From Terriglobia bacterium (GTDB lineage Bacteria > Acidobacteriota > Terriglobia > 20CM-2-55-15): a stretch of 64,000 bases of DNA. Below, one piece after another: positions 31,319-42,900 of this stretch (the first letter of the stretch is position 1; each line of letters opens with the position of its first letter). Made by a program: the position numbers and the translations under genes. The DNA is taken from contig CBDAOY010000009.1 of NCBI GenBank assembly GCA_965198225.1, forward strand, positions 288,001-352,000, written 5' to 3'. The notes below the pieces were generated by a model. The model did not search any database. It was given only the letters and a program-made list of their open reading frames with translations, and had not been told where the DNA came from.

Positions 31319-32731
31319 ATGTCCCAGATCGACCTGAAGTCCCTCACGCTCGCCTCGGCGGCGCGACTCGTCCGTTCGAAGCAGCTCTCGCCTGTTGAGC
31401 TGACGCGAGCGGTTCTCGAACGCATTCAATCGCTGAATGAACCGATGGCGATTTTCATCACCGTCACGGCCGATCATGCGATCGCCCGAGCGGAGCAGGC
31501 TGAGGCTGCCGTCGCACGCGGGGACGAGCTAGGGCCCTTGCACGGTGTCCCAATCTCGTTGAAGGACCTGTTCGACACGAAAGGGATACTGACGACCGCC
31601 GGTTCACGAGTCTTTGAAGATCGCATCCCGGAAGAAGATGCTACGGTCACGGCCCGTTTGATGGCCGCCGGGGCGGTGCTCGTCGGAAAGACGAACATGC
31701 ACGAGTTCGCTTTCGGGCCAACGTCGATCAACCCGCACTACGGGCCGGTGAGAAACCCCTGGGACGACGAACATGTATCCGGGGGGTCGAGCGGCGGCTC
31801 GGCCACCTCCGTCGCGCTTTCCGTTGCCCTTGGTTCCCTGGGCTCCGACACCGGGGGATCGGTCCGCATACCGGCAGCCCTGTGCGGCACGGTCGGCCTG
31901 AAACCCACCTACGGCCGGGTGAGCATCGCCGGAGCGGTCCCGCTGTCGTGGTCGTTGGATCACGTCGGCCCGTTGACGCGGACGGTCGAGGACGCGGCAA
32001 TCATGATGGAGGTGATCGCCGGCCATGATCCGCGGGACAACTATTCGCGACAGGTCCCGACTCCGCGTTACTCGGAAGAATTGCAAGGTGGGATTCGCGG
32101 CCTTCGCCTCGGCGTCCCACGTGAGACTTTCTACGCGCGACTCGAGCCGGAAGTCGACCAGGCGATACAGACCGCGTTGCGGCAGCTTGAACGAATGGGG
32201 GCCGAATTCGTCGAAATCGATGTTCCGAAGGCCCATCTCCAGCGCGCGATCTTCGCCAACATCGCCTCTCCCGAGGCGTTCTCATGCCACGAGAAACACC
32301 TGGCCTCGAGTCCCGAGCTCTATGGCCCCGACACCCGAGCGCGGATCGAAGCCGGACGCTTGATGCTCTCGACGGACTTCGTACGCGCGCAACGTGCCCG
32401 TTCGATCTTGAAGGTCGAACTGGCGGCCGTCCTGGAAGCAGTCGATTTGATGGTCACACCGACCGTCCCCGTATCGGCGCCCCGGATCGACCAGACCGCT
32501 ATCGAGTGGGACGACGGGACGGAATCCATCGTCGGCGCGCTGACTCGGAACACCCGACTCTTCAACATCACAGGTCTACCGGCGATCACAGTGCCGTGCG
32601 GCTTTACCTCCCGGCACCTGCCCGTCGGGCTTCAAATCATCGGGCGAGCCTTCGATGAGGCTTCCGTCTTCCGGGCGGCGTACGCATACGAACAAGACGC
32701 CGGATGGTGGGAGCGCCGGCCCGAGATGTAG
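31319..32731 (+). CDS. Amidase signature family protein (GatA/AtzE-like)
   Basis: SLKD, GGSSGGS and GSDTGGSVRIPA (Ser-cisSer-Lys triad). Confidence 0.92.
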   Translation: MSQIDLKSLTLASAARLVRSKQLSPVELTRAVLERIQSLNEPMAIFITVTADHAIARAEQAEAAVARGDELGPLHGVPISLKDLFDTKGILTTAGSRVFEDRIPEEDATVTARLMAAGAVLVGKTNMHEFAFGPTSINPHYGPVRNPWDDEHVSGGSSGGSATSVALSVALGSLGSDTGGSVRIPAALCGTVGLKPTYGRVSIAGAVPLSWSLDHVGPLTRTVEDAAIMMEVIAGHDPRDNYSRQVPTPRYSEELQGGIRGLRLGVPRETFYARLEPEVDQAIQTALRQLERMGAEFVEIDVPKAHLQRAIFANIASPEAFSCHEKHLASSPELYGPDTRARIEAGRLMLSTDFVRAQRARSILKVELAAVLEAVDLMVTPTVPVSAPRIDQTAIEWDDGTESIVGALTRNTRLFNITGLPAITVPCGFTSRHLPVGLQIIGRAFDEASVFRAAYAYEQDAGWWERRPEM

Positions 32732-32944
32732 CCCTCACTCACCCGAATACGCCGGGACAACCAACGAAGCGTTGAATTCGAGGACGCAGACCGAATTCTT
32801 GGGTGCCCAAACCGACGGTCTGATAGTCCGGGCGATTCGGTCTCCGTCCCCGAATTCCCCAACAGCGGGGCTTGGCGTCGGTGAGAAATGCGGGTGCCCG
32901 AACATTCGTGAAGAAGTTCGGGCTAGTGTTATTATCTGGGGCCT

Positions 32945-34465
32945 ATGTTCGGCAAAATCCTCATCGCCAACCGGGGAGAGATCGCCGTCCGGGTCATCCG
33001 AGCCTGCCGGGAACTGGGCATTCCGACGGTAGCGGTGTACTCCGACGTCGACGCCGGAGCTCTTCACGTCCGCATGGCGGATGAAGCATTTCCGATCGGT
33101 CCCGCGCGGTCCACGGAGAGCTATCTCGTCATCGAAAAGATCCTCGATGTCGCACGGCGGTCCGGCGCAGAGGCCGTCCACCCCGGCTACGGATTCCTTG
33201 CTGAGAATGCGGACTTTGCCCGGGCTTGCGAAAAGGATGGCATCATCTTCATCGGTCCCTCCGCTGACTCAATCGCCTTGATGGGCTCGAAGCTCGAGGC
33301 TCGTAGGGCGGTGTCCAAGCACGACGTGCCGATGGTACCCGGAACGATGGATCCGATAACTTCGGACGCCGATGCGCTCCGGATCGCCGAGGAAGTCGGC
33401 TTTCCGCTGATGCTGAAGGCGTCGGCCGGGGGCGGGGGAAAAGGTCTGCGGTTCGTCGGATCGGCTGGGGAAATGGAAAGCGCGCTACGCGGGACGCGCG
33501 CTGAAGCCCTGGCCGCCTTCGGCGACGACGCCGTCTACATTGAAAAGTTCCTCGAACGTCCGCGCCACGTTGAAATCCAGATTCTGGCTGATCGTCACGG
33601 CAACGCGATCCACCTTGGGGAGCGGGAGTGCACGATTCAGCGCAGGCATCAGAAAGTGATCGAGGAGTCACCGTCACCCATCATGACTGAGGAACTGCGC
33701 GTCCGGATGGGGGCGGCCGCGCTCCGGGTTGGCGAAGCTGCGGGTTACTACAACGCGGGGACGGTGGAATTCCTCATCGATCAGGCGAGGAACTTCTACT
33801 TTCTGGAAATGAACACCCGTCTGCAGGTGGAGCATCCCATCACCGAGGCGGTTACCGGCATTGATCTCGTCAAGCAGCAGCTATACATCGCGTCGGGCGA
33901 GAAACTGTCGATCCGGCAGGAAGACATCGAGTTCCGAGGAGCCGCAATCGAATGCCGGATCTACGCTGAAGATCCGGCGAACAACTTTTTCCCCTCGCCC
34001 GGGCGAATCTCCATGCTCCGAGTCCCGTCCGGCCCGGGCGTTCGCGACGACAGCGGTGTTTACGCGGGCTGGAATGTACCCTTGGAATACGACCCGCTGT
34101 TGTCCAAGCTGGTCGCATGGGCGCCCAACCGCGGTGAAGCAATTGCGAGGATGCGAAGGGCCCTGGACGAGTACCAGATCGGCGGCATCAAGGACAACAC
34201 GTCTTTCTTCAAGGACGTCTTGAATCATCCGGAGTTTGTCACTGGAGATTTCGACACGGGCTTCATCGACCGCTGGGTCGCCGCGCGAGCCGTCCGCGGA
34301 GAGACAGAAGCTGTATCCGAGGTCGAAGAGGACTTCGCGATCCTCGTAGCGGCCGTGTTTCATTCGCGCCGACAGCAGGCTGCCAGGAATGGATCATCGG
34401 CTCCGCGAGCCAGCGAGTGGAAGCTAGCGGGTCGTAAGGACCAGCTCCGGAGGTCGAAGCCATGA
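32945..34465 (+). CDS. accC: Acetyl/propionyl-CoA carboxylase biotin carboxylase subunit
   Basis: ANRGEIA, HPGYGFLAEN, GGGGKG and EMNTRLQVEH motifs. Confidence 0.92.
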   Translation: MFGKILIANRGEIAVRVIRACRELGIPTVAVYSDVDAGALHVRMADEAFPIGPARSTESYLVIEKILDVARRSGAEAVHPGYGFLAENADFARACEKDGIIFIGPSADSIALMGSKLEARRAVSKHDVPMVPGTMDPITSDADALRIAEEVGFPLMLKASAGGGGKGLRFVGSAGEMESALRGTRAEALAAFGDDAVYIEKFLERPRHVEIQILADRHGNAIHLGERECTIQRRHQKVIEESPSPIMTEELRVRMGAAALRVGEAAGYYNAGTVEFLIDQARNFYFLEMNTRLQVEHPITEAVTGIDLVKQQLYIASGEKLSIRQEDIEFRGAAIECRIYAEDPANNFFPSPGRISMLRVPSGPGVRDDSGVYAGWNVPLEYDPLLSKLVAWAPNRGEAIARMRRALDEYQIGGIKDNTSFFKDVLNHPEFVTGDFDTGFIDRWVAARAVRGETEAVSEVEEDFAILVAAVFHSRRQQAARNGSSAPRASEWKLAGRKDQLRRSKP

Positions 34466-34959
34466 AATATACGGCGCTGCTTGGGGACAAAGAAGTCGCC
34501 GTTAGACTCGGCAACGAGGTCGGGGCCGCGGTCCGGGCCAGGATCGCCGACCGAGATTATGAGATTACGCTGTACGAAGTCGAACCGGGCGTCTTCTGGT
34601 TCAGCGATGGCGATCGATCCGTGGAGGCGGCCGTGATCGCAAACGCGGAAGGCTACACCGTCGCGATGGGCGGCCGATACGTCAAGCTGGAGCTGCTGGA
34701 CGGCCGCAGTGCGCTCCGGCGCTCTGCACAAGTCGGCTGCAGCGGCCTGGCGGAGGTGCGCGCTCCGATGCCAGGCAAGGTTGTCGAGATTCTCGTCGAA
34801 GAGGGTTCCACGGTGGAAGCCAACCAGGGCATCGTCGTGATCGAAGCCATGAAGATGCAGAACGAGATGCGATCACCGAAGGCGGGAGCGGTACAGAAGA
34901 TTTCCGTCGAAGTAGGGATGACGGTCGATTCGGGCGCCCTACTGGCGACTGTGGAATAA
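34462..34959 (+). CDS. Biotin carboxyl carrier subunit
   Basis: APMPG and EAMKM biotinylation motif. Confidence 0.92.
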   Translation: MKYTALLGDKEVAVRLGNEVGAAVRARIADRDYEITLYEVEPGVFWFSDGDRSVEAAVIANAEGYTVAMGGRYVKLELLDGRSALRRSAQVGCSGLAEVRAPMPGKVVEILVEEGSTVEANQGIVVIEAMKMQNEMRSPKAGAVQKISVEVGMTVDSGALLATVE

Positions 34960-35036
34960 AGGATGTGTAGGTGCGCTCTATGAGCGCACATCCCTCGAAC
35001 CTGACCAACGTGCGGTCATAGACCGCACCTACACCA

Positions 35037-36068
35037 CTATGACGTTCCCCCGGCCCGTTCGAGTATTCGCCGCGCGAGGAAATTCTGGATACTGGAGTTG
35101 TTCCGCGCGATCTCGAAGAACGCACCTTTCAACATTTGATCTTTCCGGTCGAAGATGACCTGTCGAATCTGTGCCTGGACCCGGGGGTCGGTCAGGTCCT
35201 TCTGTCCGCCTGCGTCCTTTTCGAGCAACTTCAGGATGTGGTAGCCGAAACGGGTTTCGACCACTCGGGGATACGTCTCACCGACTCTCATCTGTATCGC
35301 CGCATCCGCCATCGCTGGATCGACCCCGCCGATGGCATCGATCGGCTGGAAGTTCAGGTCGCCACCAAGCGGTGCGGAAGCCGGATCTTCGGAAAGCTGT
35401 CGCGCGAGGGTCGCGAAATCGCCGCCGCCCTGAATCTGTCGCAGTAGCCGTTGTGCCTTGGCGCTGGCCTCTGCAGGAGTCTTCGCGTCGTCGCCCTCCG
35501 TGTTCGTGACCTCCGGCTCCTCGACCGGCGTGATCAGGACGTGGGCCAATCGAAACGTCTCGGGAAGATTGAAACTTTCCTTGTTCTTGTTGAAAAAATC
35601 TTCTATCTCGATCTCGCTAACCGAGATCTTGGAGGTAATTTCCTTGTTGACGAGCTTTTCGATCGTAAGCTGGGTACGCATCTGTTCCCGCAGATCCGTC
35701 GTTGTCAGCTTCTGCTCATCGAGCAACTCCTGGAACCGCTCTTCGGTGAACTGGCTTTTGAACTCGTTGAACTGAACGTCCACTTCGGCGTCGGTAGCCG
35801 TGAGAGCGGCCTCGCCGGCCAGCTGCAACAGCACTTCGTTGTTGATGAGTTCACCTAGAAGCTGCAGCTTCAGATCTTCTATTTCCTCCTCGGACGGCGC
35901 CGGATCGGCGCCTTGAACCCGGCTCTCGAATTCTTTGTCGAGGTCCTCGCTCGTGATATCGACATCGTTCACACGGGCTACCACATTGGTTGGGGCGGTC
36001 GCATCCGAAGAGCAGGATGAGCCCAGAACCAGGACTGCTAGGATCGCTAACGCAAGAAATGGCTTCAC
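35037..36068 (-). CDS. SurA/PrsA-type parvulin PPIase lipoprotein
   Basis: Lipobox-like GSSC; SurA N domain; HVLI...FATLARQLSED...GGDL...GYHILK. Confidence 0.88.
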   Translation of the reverse strand: MKPFLALAILAVLVLGSSCSSDATAPTNVVARVNDVDITSEDLDKEFESRVQGADPAPSEEEIEDLKLQLLGELINNEVLLQLAGEAALTATDAEVDVQFNEFKSQFTEERFQELLDEQKLTTTDLREQMRTQLTIEKLVNKEITSKISVSEIEIEDFFNKNKESFNLPETFRLAHVLITPVEEPEVTNTEGDDAKTPAEASAKAQRLLRQIQGGGDFATLARQLSEDPASAPLGGDLNFQPIDAIGGVDPAMADAAIQMRVGETYPRVVETRFGYHILKLLEKDAGGQKDLTDPRVQAQIRQVIFDRKDQMLKGAFFEIARNNSSIQNFLARRILERAGGTS

Positions 36069-36174
36069 CAGAAGTGCTCCCTAAGTATCAAAGTAATTAG
36101 TCATTCTAGCACTGCAAACAGGCCCACCGACAAGCATTATGCCGGGATCCAACGCCGGCGTCACCACGGCCTCT

Positions 36175-36203
36175 TTGAGCGGAAACCCCTTATCTGGTAT
36201 AAT
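36175..36203 (+). promoter_or_regulatory. sigma70 promoter of rpmB
   Basis: TTGAGC-17 bp-TATAAT with extended -10 TG. Confidence 0.65.
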
Positions 36204-36288
36204 TTGCGAGTTATATCGTTGGCGGAAAGGTCGCCGGGTGCACCGAATTCACCTGGTGCCGGACGCCTGATGAGGAGCGCAATTCTCT

Positions 36289-36480
36289 ATGGCAAAACGG
36301 TGCGAAATCTGTGGCAAGGGTCCGATGTACGGAAACCGGGTCAGCCACGCTCACAACCTCACCAGAAGGCGATGGAATCCCAACCTTCAGCGCGTTCGAG
36401 TACTCGTCGGAAAGACACCGAAACGGATGCGGGTCTGCACCAGCTGTATTCGCAATGGACGCGTTGTCAAACCAGCTTGA
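36289..36480 (+). CDS. rpmB: 50S ribosomal protein L28
   Basis: [30 protein letters not shown]...VCTSC. Confidence 0.96.
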   Translation: MAKRCEICGKGPMYGNRVSHAHNLTRRRWNPNLQRVRVLVGKTPKRMRVCTSCIRNGRVVKPA

Positions 36481-36506
36481 TCGAACACACTTAGCCGGAC
36501 TGGATT

Positions 36507-36534
36507 AAAGCCCTGTGAAAGCAGGGCTTTCTCT
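36507..36534 (+). terminator. Rho-independent terminator after rpmB
   Basis: AAAGCCCTG-TGAAAG-CAGGGCTTTCTCT. Confidence 0.7.
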
Positions 36535-36576
36535 ATTGATGTAGTCGTCTCGCCACAACGACCGTCAAAGGGTTTT

Positions 36577-39327
36577 ATGAGGGTAATCCGCCTGCTCACC
36601 GTGATCCTTTTGCCGCTGACGGCCCTCGCCCAACAGCCCTACCTCGGAACCCGCATCTCGAGGGTCGAAATCATCGGCGCCCCCGGCGAGGTCATCGAAC
36701 AGATCCCCCTCCGTCCCGACGACATCATCAGCCCAGCCGCCATCCGCGCGGCGATCCAGGAGCTCTACGAGAGCGGCCGCTACGCGAGCATCGAAGTGGA
36801 TGCCACGCCGGAGGCAGACGGGAGAACAACTCTCACTTTCAGAGTTCGCGCGCCGTACTTTTTCTCTACGATTCGACTCGAGCCCGCAAACCTTCTCGAG
36901 CGACCACTGTCGAGCTACCTCAGTTTTCCTTACGGAGAGCGATTCTCGCGCACCGAATTGGATCGGATCGTCGAGCGAATCTCCAGTCAGCTGCAAGAAG
37001 AAGGATACTTCCAGGCCCGAATCGTGCCCTCCTACGAATTCGACGAGGAAACCCGCCTGGCGAGCGTCGTGATCACGGCCACTGCCGCGCGGCGCGCTCA
37101 GATTCAGGAAGTCCGGTTCCAGGGCGGAGAGCAGACTTTCGGAGCGGAGGAACTTCAGTCGTTCTTCGGGGTTCGACCGGGGTCTTCGTTCTCCGCGGAT
37201 GCGCTCGAATCGGGTCTCGCCAACATCCGAGGCGAGTTCGCAGAACTGGGGTTCCTGAACACAATCGTTACGCCGGAACAGATCTACGATGACGAAGCCA
37301 ATTCCCTCGCCATAAAAGTTGTCATCCAGCCCGGCCCCTTCACTTACGTCGAGGTTCGCGGACACGAAATCTCCGACAAAGACATCCGGGAGCTTGTTCC
37401 CATCTACGAGGAAGGCAGCATCGATCCCGACCTGATCGAGGAGGGTCTGGCCGCGATCCTGGAACACATGTACCAGGATGGATACTTCGAAGCCACCGTT
37501 CGGTCCGAGCTGATCGTGGCCCCACTGGACAATGCGTTTCAGGTGAACTATGACATCGAGCCCGGAGAACGGCATTTGATCCGGGAGGTACGAATCGAAG
37601 GCAACGAATTCTTCGACGATGAGTTCCTCGTGGACCGGATCGGGATCTCTCAGCAGGGCATGTTCAGCCGTGGCGTCTTCAGCGCGGAGCTGCTCGGCCA
37701 GGCCGTCGAAACCATCGAACGGCTCTACGGAGGCGCGGGCTTCGAGAACACGCGGATCGAACCGGAGTATTCGACCGCCGAGACAGCCATTACCGTGACG
37801 CTCCGTGTCCAGGAAGGTCGCCGGATCCTGATCGCGGACATCTCATTCACGGAAAACCGCGTTCTGGACCATACCGAGCTCGCACCGCTCGCCGCTCTGC
37901 TGCCTGGATACGTCTACACGCCCGGCGCGATCGCCGACGGGCGCAGGGCGATCATCGCGCGGTACCACGCGCTCGGATTCCCGGATGTTCAGATTGAACC
38001 AGTGGTCTCGAGGAGGGACAACGGAGACGTCGACGTTCGGTTTGAGATCGAAGAAGGTGCAGCGTACGCGATCGGACGGATCTTCGTGGCCGGCAACACG
38101 CGAACCCGCGATGGGGTCGTCCATCGCAACAGCGAGCTGCTGGAGGGGACACCGTACGATCCCGATACGATCCTGCAGGCAGAGCAGCGACTGTACGCCA
38201 CAGGGCTCTTCAATCGCGTCGACATCGTCACCCTCGAGAAAGAAACGTCGGACCTGAGGGACCTCTTGATCCAGGTCGAAGATGCCGGCCCCCTCCTGCT
38301 GACCTACGGCATCGGTGCCCAGGACCGAGAGGGCGTGCGCGGAACTGTGGAGATTTCCCACACCAACCTGTTCGGCCTGGACCGCTCGATCAGTCTGCGG
38401 GTACGGGGGAGCAAGCGGGAGCAGCGCTTCCAGACCACCTTCCGGGAACCGCGACTGTTCAACCGAGAGATCGACGGGTTCGCCTCGCTGTTCGTCGAGC
38501 GGACGCGGCAGCGCACCTTTGACGCCAGCACCGTAAATATTTCTCTCCAGTCGCTGAAGCGAATCCGGGATCGAGACAGCCTTCTCTTCTCAGCAAGCTT
38601 TGAAACTGTCAACCTGCGCGACATACGCGTAAACCCGCAAGCCCAGAACTTCCCGGACGAGATCGGCACGATACAGATCTCACGCCTCGGGGGATCTTAC
38701 ATCCACGACACGCGAAACGATCCGATCGACCCCGGCCGGGGAAACTTCTTCACCGGCACCTTTCAGTACGCCAACCACGCGCTCGGCTCGGAAGTCGACT
38801 TCACGTCGCTCTTCCTGCAGGCCAACATCTACAGGCCGGCGAAACAGGCCGTCATCGCTGCATCGGCCCGATTCGGCTGGAATCAGCCGTACGGCGAAAC
38901 CGAATCGCTACCGATCACGGAACGCTACTTTGCCGGAGGATCGACGACGTTGCGGGGGTTCGGCCTGGATGAAGCCGGTCCGGCGGACCAGCGCCGGATT
39001 CCTCGAGAGACGAGGAACTACGTCCCAACCGGCGGAAACGCCCTGGCGATCCTGAACCTCGAGTATCGTTTCCCGATCCCGTTCCCGTTATCGGGCCTCG
39101 GTGGAGCCGTGTTCTACGACACCGGCAACGTGTTTCCGCTGATTTCGGATTTCAACTTCGGCGACTTTACGCACACGGCAGGTTTTGGTCTGCGCTACCA
39201 GACTCCGCTCGGTCCGATCCGTGTGGACTTCGGTTTCAATCTCAACCGGCAATCCACCTTAATTCAGGGAGTCGTCAAACGGGAATCGCTGAATCAGGTG
39301 TTCTTTACGCTGGGACATACGTTCTGA
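36577..39327 (+). CDS. Omp85 family (BamA/TamA-like) protein with multiple POTRA domains
   Basis: Signal peptide, POTRA repeats, GGSTTLRGF, GLRYQTPLGPIRVD, terminal F. Confidence 0.92.
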   Translation: MRVIRLLTVILLPLTALAQQPYLGTRISRVEIIGAPGEVIEQIPLRPDDIISPAAIRAAIQELYESGRYASIEVDATPEADGRTTLTFRVRAPYFFSTIRLEPANLLERPLSSYLSFPYGERFSRTELDRIVERISSQLQEEGYFQARIVPSYEFDEETRLASVVITATAARRAQIQEVRFQGGEQTFGAEELQSFFGVRPGSSFSADALESGLANIRGEFAELGFLNTIVTPEQIYDDEANSLAIKVVIQPGPFTYVEVRGHEISDKDIRELVPIYEEGSIDPDLIEEGLAAILEHMYQDGYFEATVRSELIVAPLDNAFQVNYDIEPGERHLIREVRIEGNEFFDDEFLVDRIGISQQGMFSRGVFSAELLGQAVETIERLYGGAGFENTRIEPEYSTAETAITVTLRVQEGRRILIADISFTENRVLDHTELAPLAALLPGYVYTPGAIADGRRAIIARYHALGFPDVQIEPVVSRRDNGDVDVRFEIEEGAAYAIGRIFVAGNTRTRDGVVHRNSELLEGTPYDPDTILQAEQRLYATGLFNRVDIVTLEKETSDLRDLLIQVEDAGPLLLTYGIGAQDREGVRGTVEISHTNLFGLDRSISLRVRGSKREQRFQTTFREPRLFNREIDGFASLFVERTRQRTFDASTVNISLQSLKRIRDRDSLLFSASFETVNLRDIRVNPQAQNFPDEIGTIQISRLGGSYIHDTRNDPIDPGRGNFFTGTFQYANHALGSEVDFTSLFLQANIYRPAKQAVIAASARFGWNQPYGETESLPITERYFAGGSTTLRGFGLDEAGPADQRRIPRETRNYVPTGGNALAILNLEYRFPIPFPLSGLGGAVFYDTGNVFPLISDFNFGDFTHTAGFGLRYQTPLGPIRVDFGFNLNRQSTLIQGVVKRESLNQVFFTLGHTF

Positions 39328-39974
39328 TGCTGCATTCAAAGCTCACGATAAATCGGCCCGGACGCGGTGTCCGACGCTGCAAGCGCTTCGGAATCCTCTT
39401 GTGGGTTGTCGCGTTGGGCACTGCCGTTCTGGACTCCGCTAGCGCCGACGTGATCGACAAGTTGATGGCTGTCGTCGAGGGCCAGGTCGTCACGCTCAGC
39501 GACCTGGAGCAGCACCGCGCTCTGGCTCGACTGTTCGGGGACCCTGTTCCGGAAGACGACCGGTCAGCGCTCCGAGAAGTCATCGAGAATCTGCTCATCC
39601 GAAGGGAAGTTGGCAACTTTCCGGGCATTCAGATCACAGAGGACGAACTTGACGCTTACCTGTCTCAGTTGAGGAGTACGGAAGAGCTACCGGCGGAAAC
39701 CGTTCGTACCGCGGTTCACGACCGGCTTCGACTGATCCGCTTTGTGGATCTTCGGTTCCGCCAATTCGTTCAGGCCAACGACGAGGAGATCGGTCGCTAC
39801 TACGCCGATGTTTTCATCCCCGAGGCTCAGGCACAGGGCCTCGCGCCAGTGCCTACGCTGGATGGGGTTCGCAATCTGATCCGAACGAACGTGATCGAAG
39901 AAAAAGTCAGCAAAGAGATCACAGTTTGGACGGAAGCCTTGTACCGGAGAAGTGAAATTGAAGTTGTTGAGTAG
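39327..39974 (+). CDS. SurA N-terminal-like periplasmic chaperone
   Basis: DVIDKLMAVVEGQVVTLSD...LYRRSEIEV. Confidence 0.7.
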   Translation: MLHSKLTINRPGRGVRRCKRFGILLWVVALGTAVLDSASADVIDKLMAVVEGQVVTLSDLEQHRALARLFGDPVPEDDRSALREVIENLLIRREVGNFPGIQITEDELDAYLSQLRSTEELPAETVRTAVHDRLRLIRFVDLRFRQFVQANDEEIGRYYADVFIPEAQAQGLAPVPTLDGVRNLIRTNVIEEKVSKEITVWTEALYRRSEIEVVE

Positions 39975-42900
39975 GAAAAGAATACTCGCTCTCATGAGCG
40001 TGATGACGCTGGCTCTACTCGCCGTGGTTGCGGGCGCGGTGTATTTCCTGAGCTCACCTGATTTTGATGATTTTGCTGCCGACTACATTGTGGATCGAAT
40101 CGAATCGGCATCCGGGGGGCAGGCGGAGCTGGAAGGATTCGAAGCCGATTTCTGGCAACAGCGTTTCCTGCTCGAAGGCCTGAGCCTGCGATCAGAAGAT
40201 GATTCGGGAGATCGCGCTCTGATGGAAATCGATCAGATCGATCTCGGTCTCAACCTGATGGCGATGATCAGAAGGAAACTCGATCTGTCGAGTTTGACGC
40301 TGACGCGACCGCGACTCTACATCGACATCGCACCCGATGGTTCGACGAACATTCCCACTCTCGAACAACGAGCGGATCAAGGGGGATCGTCTTTTGAGGT
40401 CTCCATAGACGCGTTAAACGTCGACGGGGGTGAAGTGTTGATCGGCGAGCGACGCGTCAACATCGACTTCGCACTCGCCGAACTCGATGGTTCCTTCGAA
40501 TATGCGGGCGCGACAGGCGTCCTGTCCGGACACCTCGAATACGAAGGAACAGTCGAACGAGCCGATCGTTCGCCGATTCCCTACAAGCTGCGGGCGGACT
40601 TCGACCATACGGCCGGCACGGTGCTGGTTCACACCGCCGAGCTCAGTTCGGGTGAGTCGAGAGTGACGCTGAGGGGGCGGGTGGACGATGTGCTTCGCTC
40701 GGGCTCGGGCCGTATGGACTACAACGGTTCCACGCATCTGCCGTTCATGAACTACTTCTTCACAAGAGAGGACTTCGAGGGGACCCTGGAGTTCGCCGGC
40801 GAGCTGAGCTTCTCGAGCGACCACTTCTCGGCGACGGGACACGCCACTGGAGAAAGGGTTGCGGTCGACGACTGGATCGCCACGGACCTGGAATCCGACT
40901 TCGAGTATGCCTTCCCGGAGCGAAGGCTCAGGGCCACCGCCATCGAGATGAATGCCCTTGCGGGGAGGGTCAACGGGATTGCAGATATCGGACCGTTACC
41001 AGGCCCTGGCCGACGGGTCGAACTGGATCTCTCGTACTCCGACGTCGACGCGGCGCGACTCCGCCGCATCTATCCGTGGGACCGGCAGTACGTGATCGAT
41101 TCCCTCGCCACAGGAACACTCCAGGGCTGGTTCGAGGGTAAGTTCACCCGGTTCGAATTCGAGGGGAACTCGAATCTCGTTCCCGCTGACGTGTCCGATC
41201 GGGAAGGCACCGTTTCTCTGGCGCTGAGCGGAGAGACTCACTACGAAGGAACGCCGGGCTCAGTTCGTCTCACCGACGCCACCGCCCGTCTCGGTGCGAC
41301 CGACATCGAGGCTGACGGGTTGGTGGACCGGGTCAGCTCCTCCCTCGAGCTCTCGCTCAAATCCGCCGATCTCGGCGATCTCGACTTTCTGTACGATGGC
41401 GCCAACGGGTCCGGCGAATTCGACGGGACAGTCACGGGACCGATCGGGGAACCGGTGATCGCGGGTCAGTTCGTCGTTTCCGGCTACAGGAGTGGAAATT
41501 GGGGCCTCGATCGACTCGCCGGTAAAGCCCGCCTGAATCCGGACAGGATCGCACTCGAAGGGGTTCAAGTGTCGGACGGTCGGTCGGAACTCGTGATGAG
41601 TGGGAGCGTCGGGCTGGATGGCGCGGATCCTGATCTGGACATCCGGGTGCGGAGCTTGCACGGAAAGGATCTCGAGGAGTTCGTAGCGTCACCTTTCGAC
41701 GGCCAGTTCAGCGGCGACGTCCATGTCGCATCGATAGCGCCGATCGAGGCCAGTGGAAAACTGCAAGCCCGCAACCTCGTCTACGAAGGCCGTCTGCTGG
41801 GAAACGCACAAACGGACTTCAATTTCGATGACGCCGAGATCCGACTCAGCGATCTGGCTCTCGAGCGGGAGGACGCCAACCTTCAAGCCAGCCTGATCTA
41901 CCGGCGCGCTTCAGACGAGATCAACGTCGACCTGACTTCGTCGGGTCTGACATTGGAAGAACTCCATTCGCTGGGCGTGCCGTCGGCGTTCAGCGGGACC
42001 ATCCGCGATGCCGATTTTAACGTCCGCGGCACACGGTCGCTGCCTCAAGTCGAAGGCAGCGCCAGCGTGGAGGAATTTCGCTTCCGGCAACAACATTTTC
42101 CGAGGGTCGACCTCAGCGTCGGTACTTCCGCGCGCCTGGTCCGCGCACGCATCGAAACGACGCAGAATCTAACGCTCGAAGCTGAGTTCAATGCGGCCGA
42201 AGATGGATACCCCTTTACCGGTAAAGCCGATTACTCCGATTACGCGATCGACCAACTAACAGGAATGGCTACGGGTTCGCTGGTCGCGACCGGAACCGCG
42301 TCGTTTGCCGGATTGCTTGCAGACTTCTCGACACTCGCTGGAGAGGGCGAGGTCACCGACTTGAGGGCGGTCTTCCGGGACCGGGTCCTCGGTATCGCCC
42401 AACCCTTCCCGTTTCGCTTTGATTCCCAGCGCCTGACCCTGTCGGAAATCAACCTTAGCGGGGGCGCGACTTCGATCCGACTTTCAGGCACGGCAGCGCT
42501 TGCGGAAACAACGCCACTCGACCTGAGCATCAACGGCGCGGTCGACCTGTCGCTCGTCGCGGGCGGCATTCCCAATATCGAGGCCGACGGCAGCCTCACG
42601 TTGGAAGGAACGGTGACGGGTGGAATCCGGAATCCGGAACTGCGTGGCCTGGCGCAACTGGAAGACGTATCGCTCGGTCACGAAGGGCTATTCCTGCGCC
42701 TTTCGTCCGTGAACGGCGGCTTGTTCTTTGACGGGAACAGCGTGAACTTGACCGATGTCGAGGGAAGTGCGGGCGGGGGTCGGGTTACGATGCGGGGATC
42801 GATCGACGTCGAGAACCTCAGCCTGGGAGCCTTCGATGTTCGACTGGACTTGTCGAATGTCCGTCTGCGCGATCCGGAGGGACTCCGGACGGTGGTATCG

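Noticed and set aside
31132-32731. Canonical gatCAB operon
   Set aside because: No gatB follows, and the small subunit is much shorter than GatC
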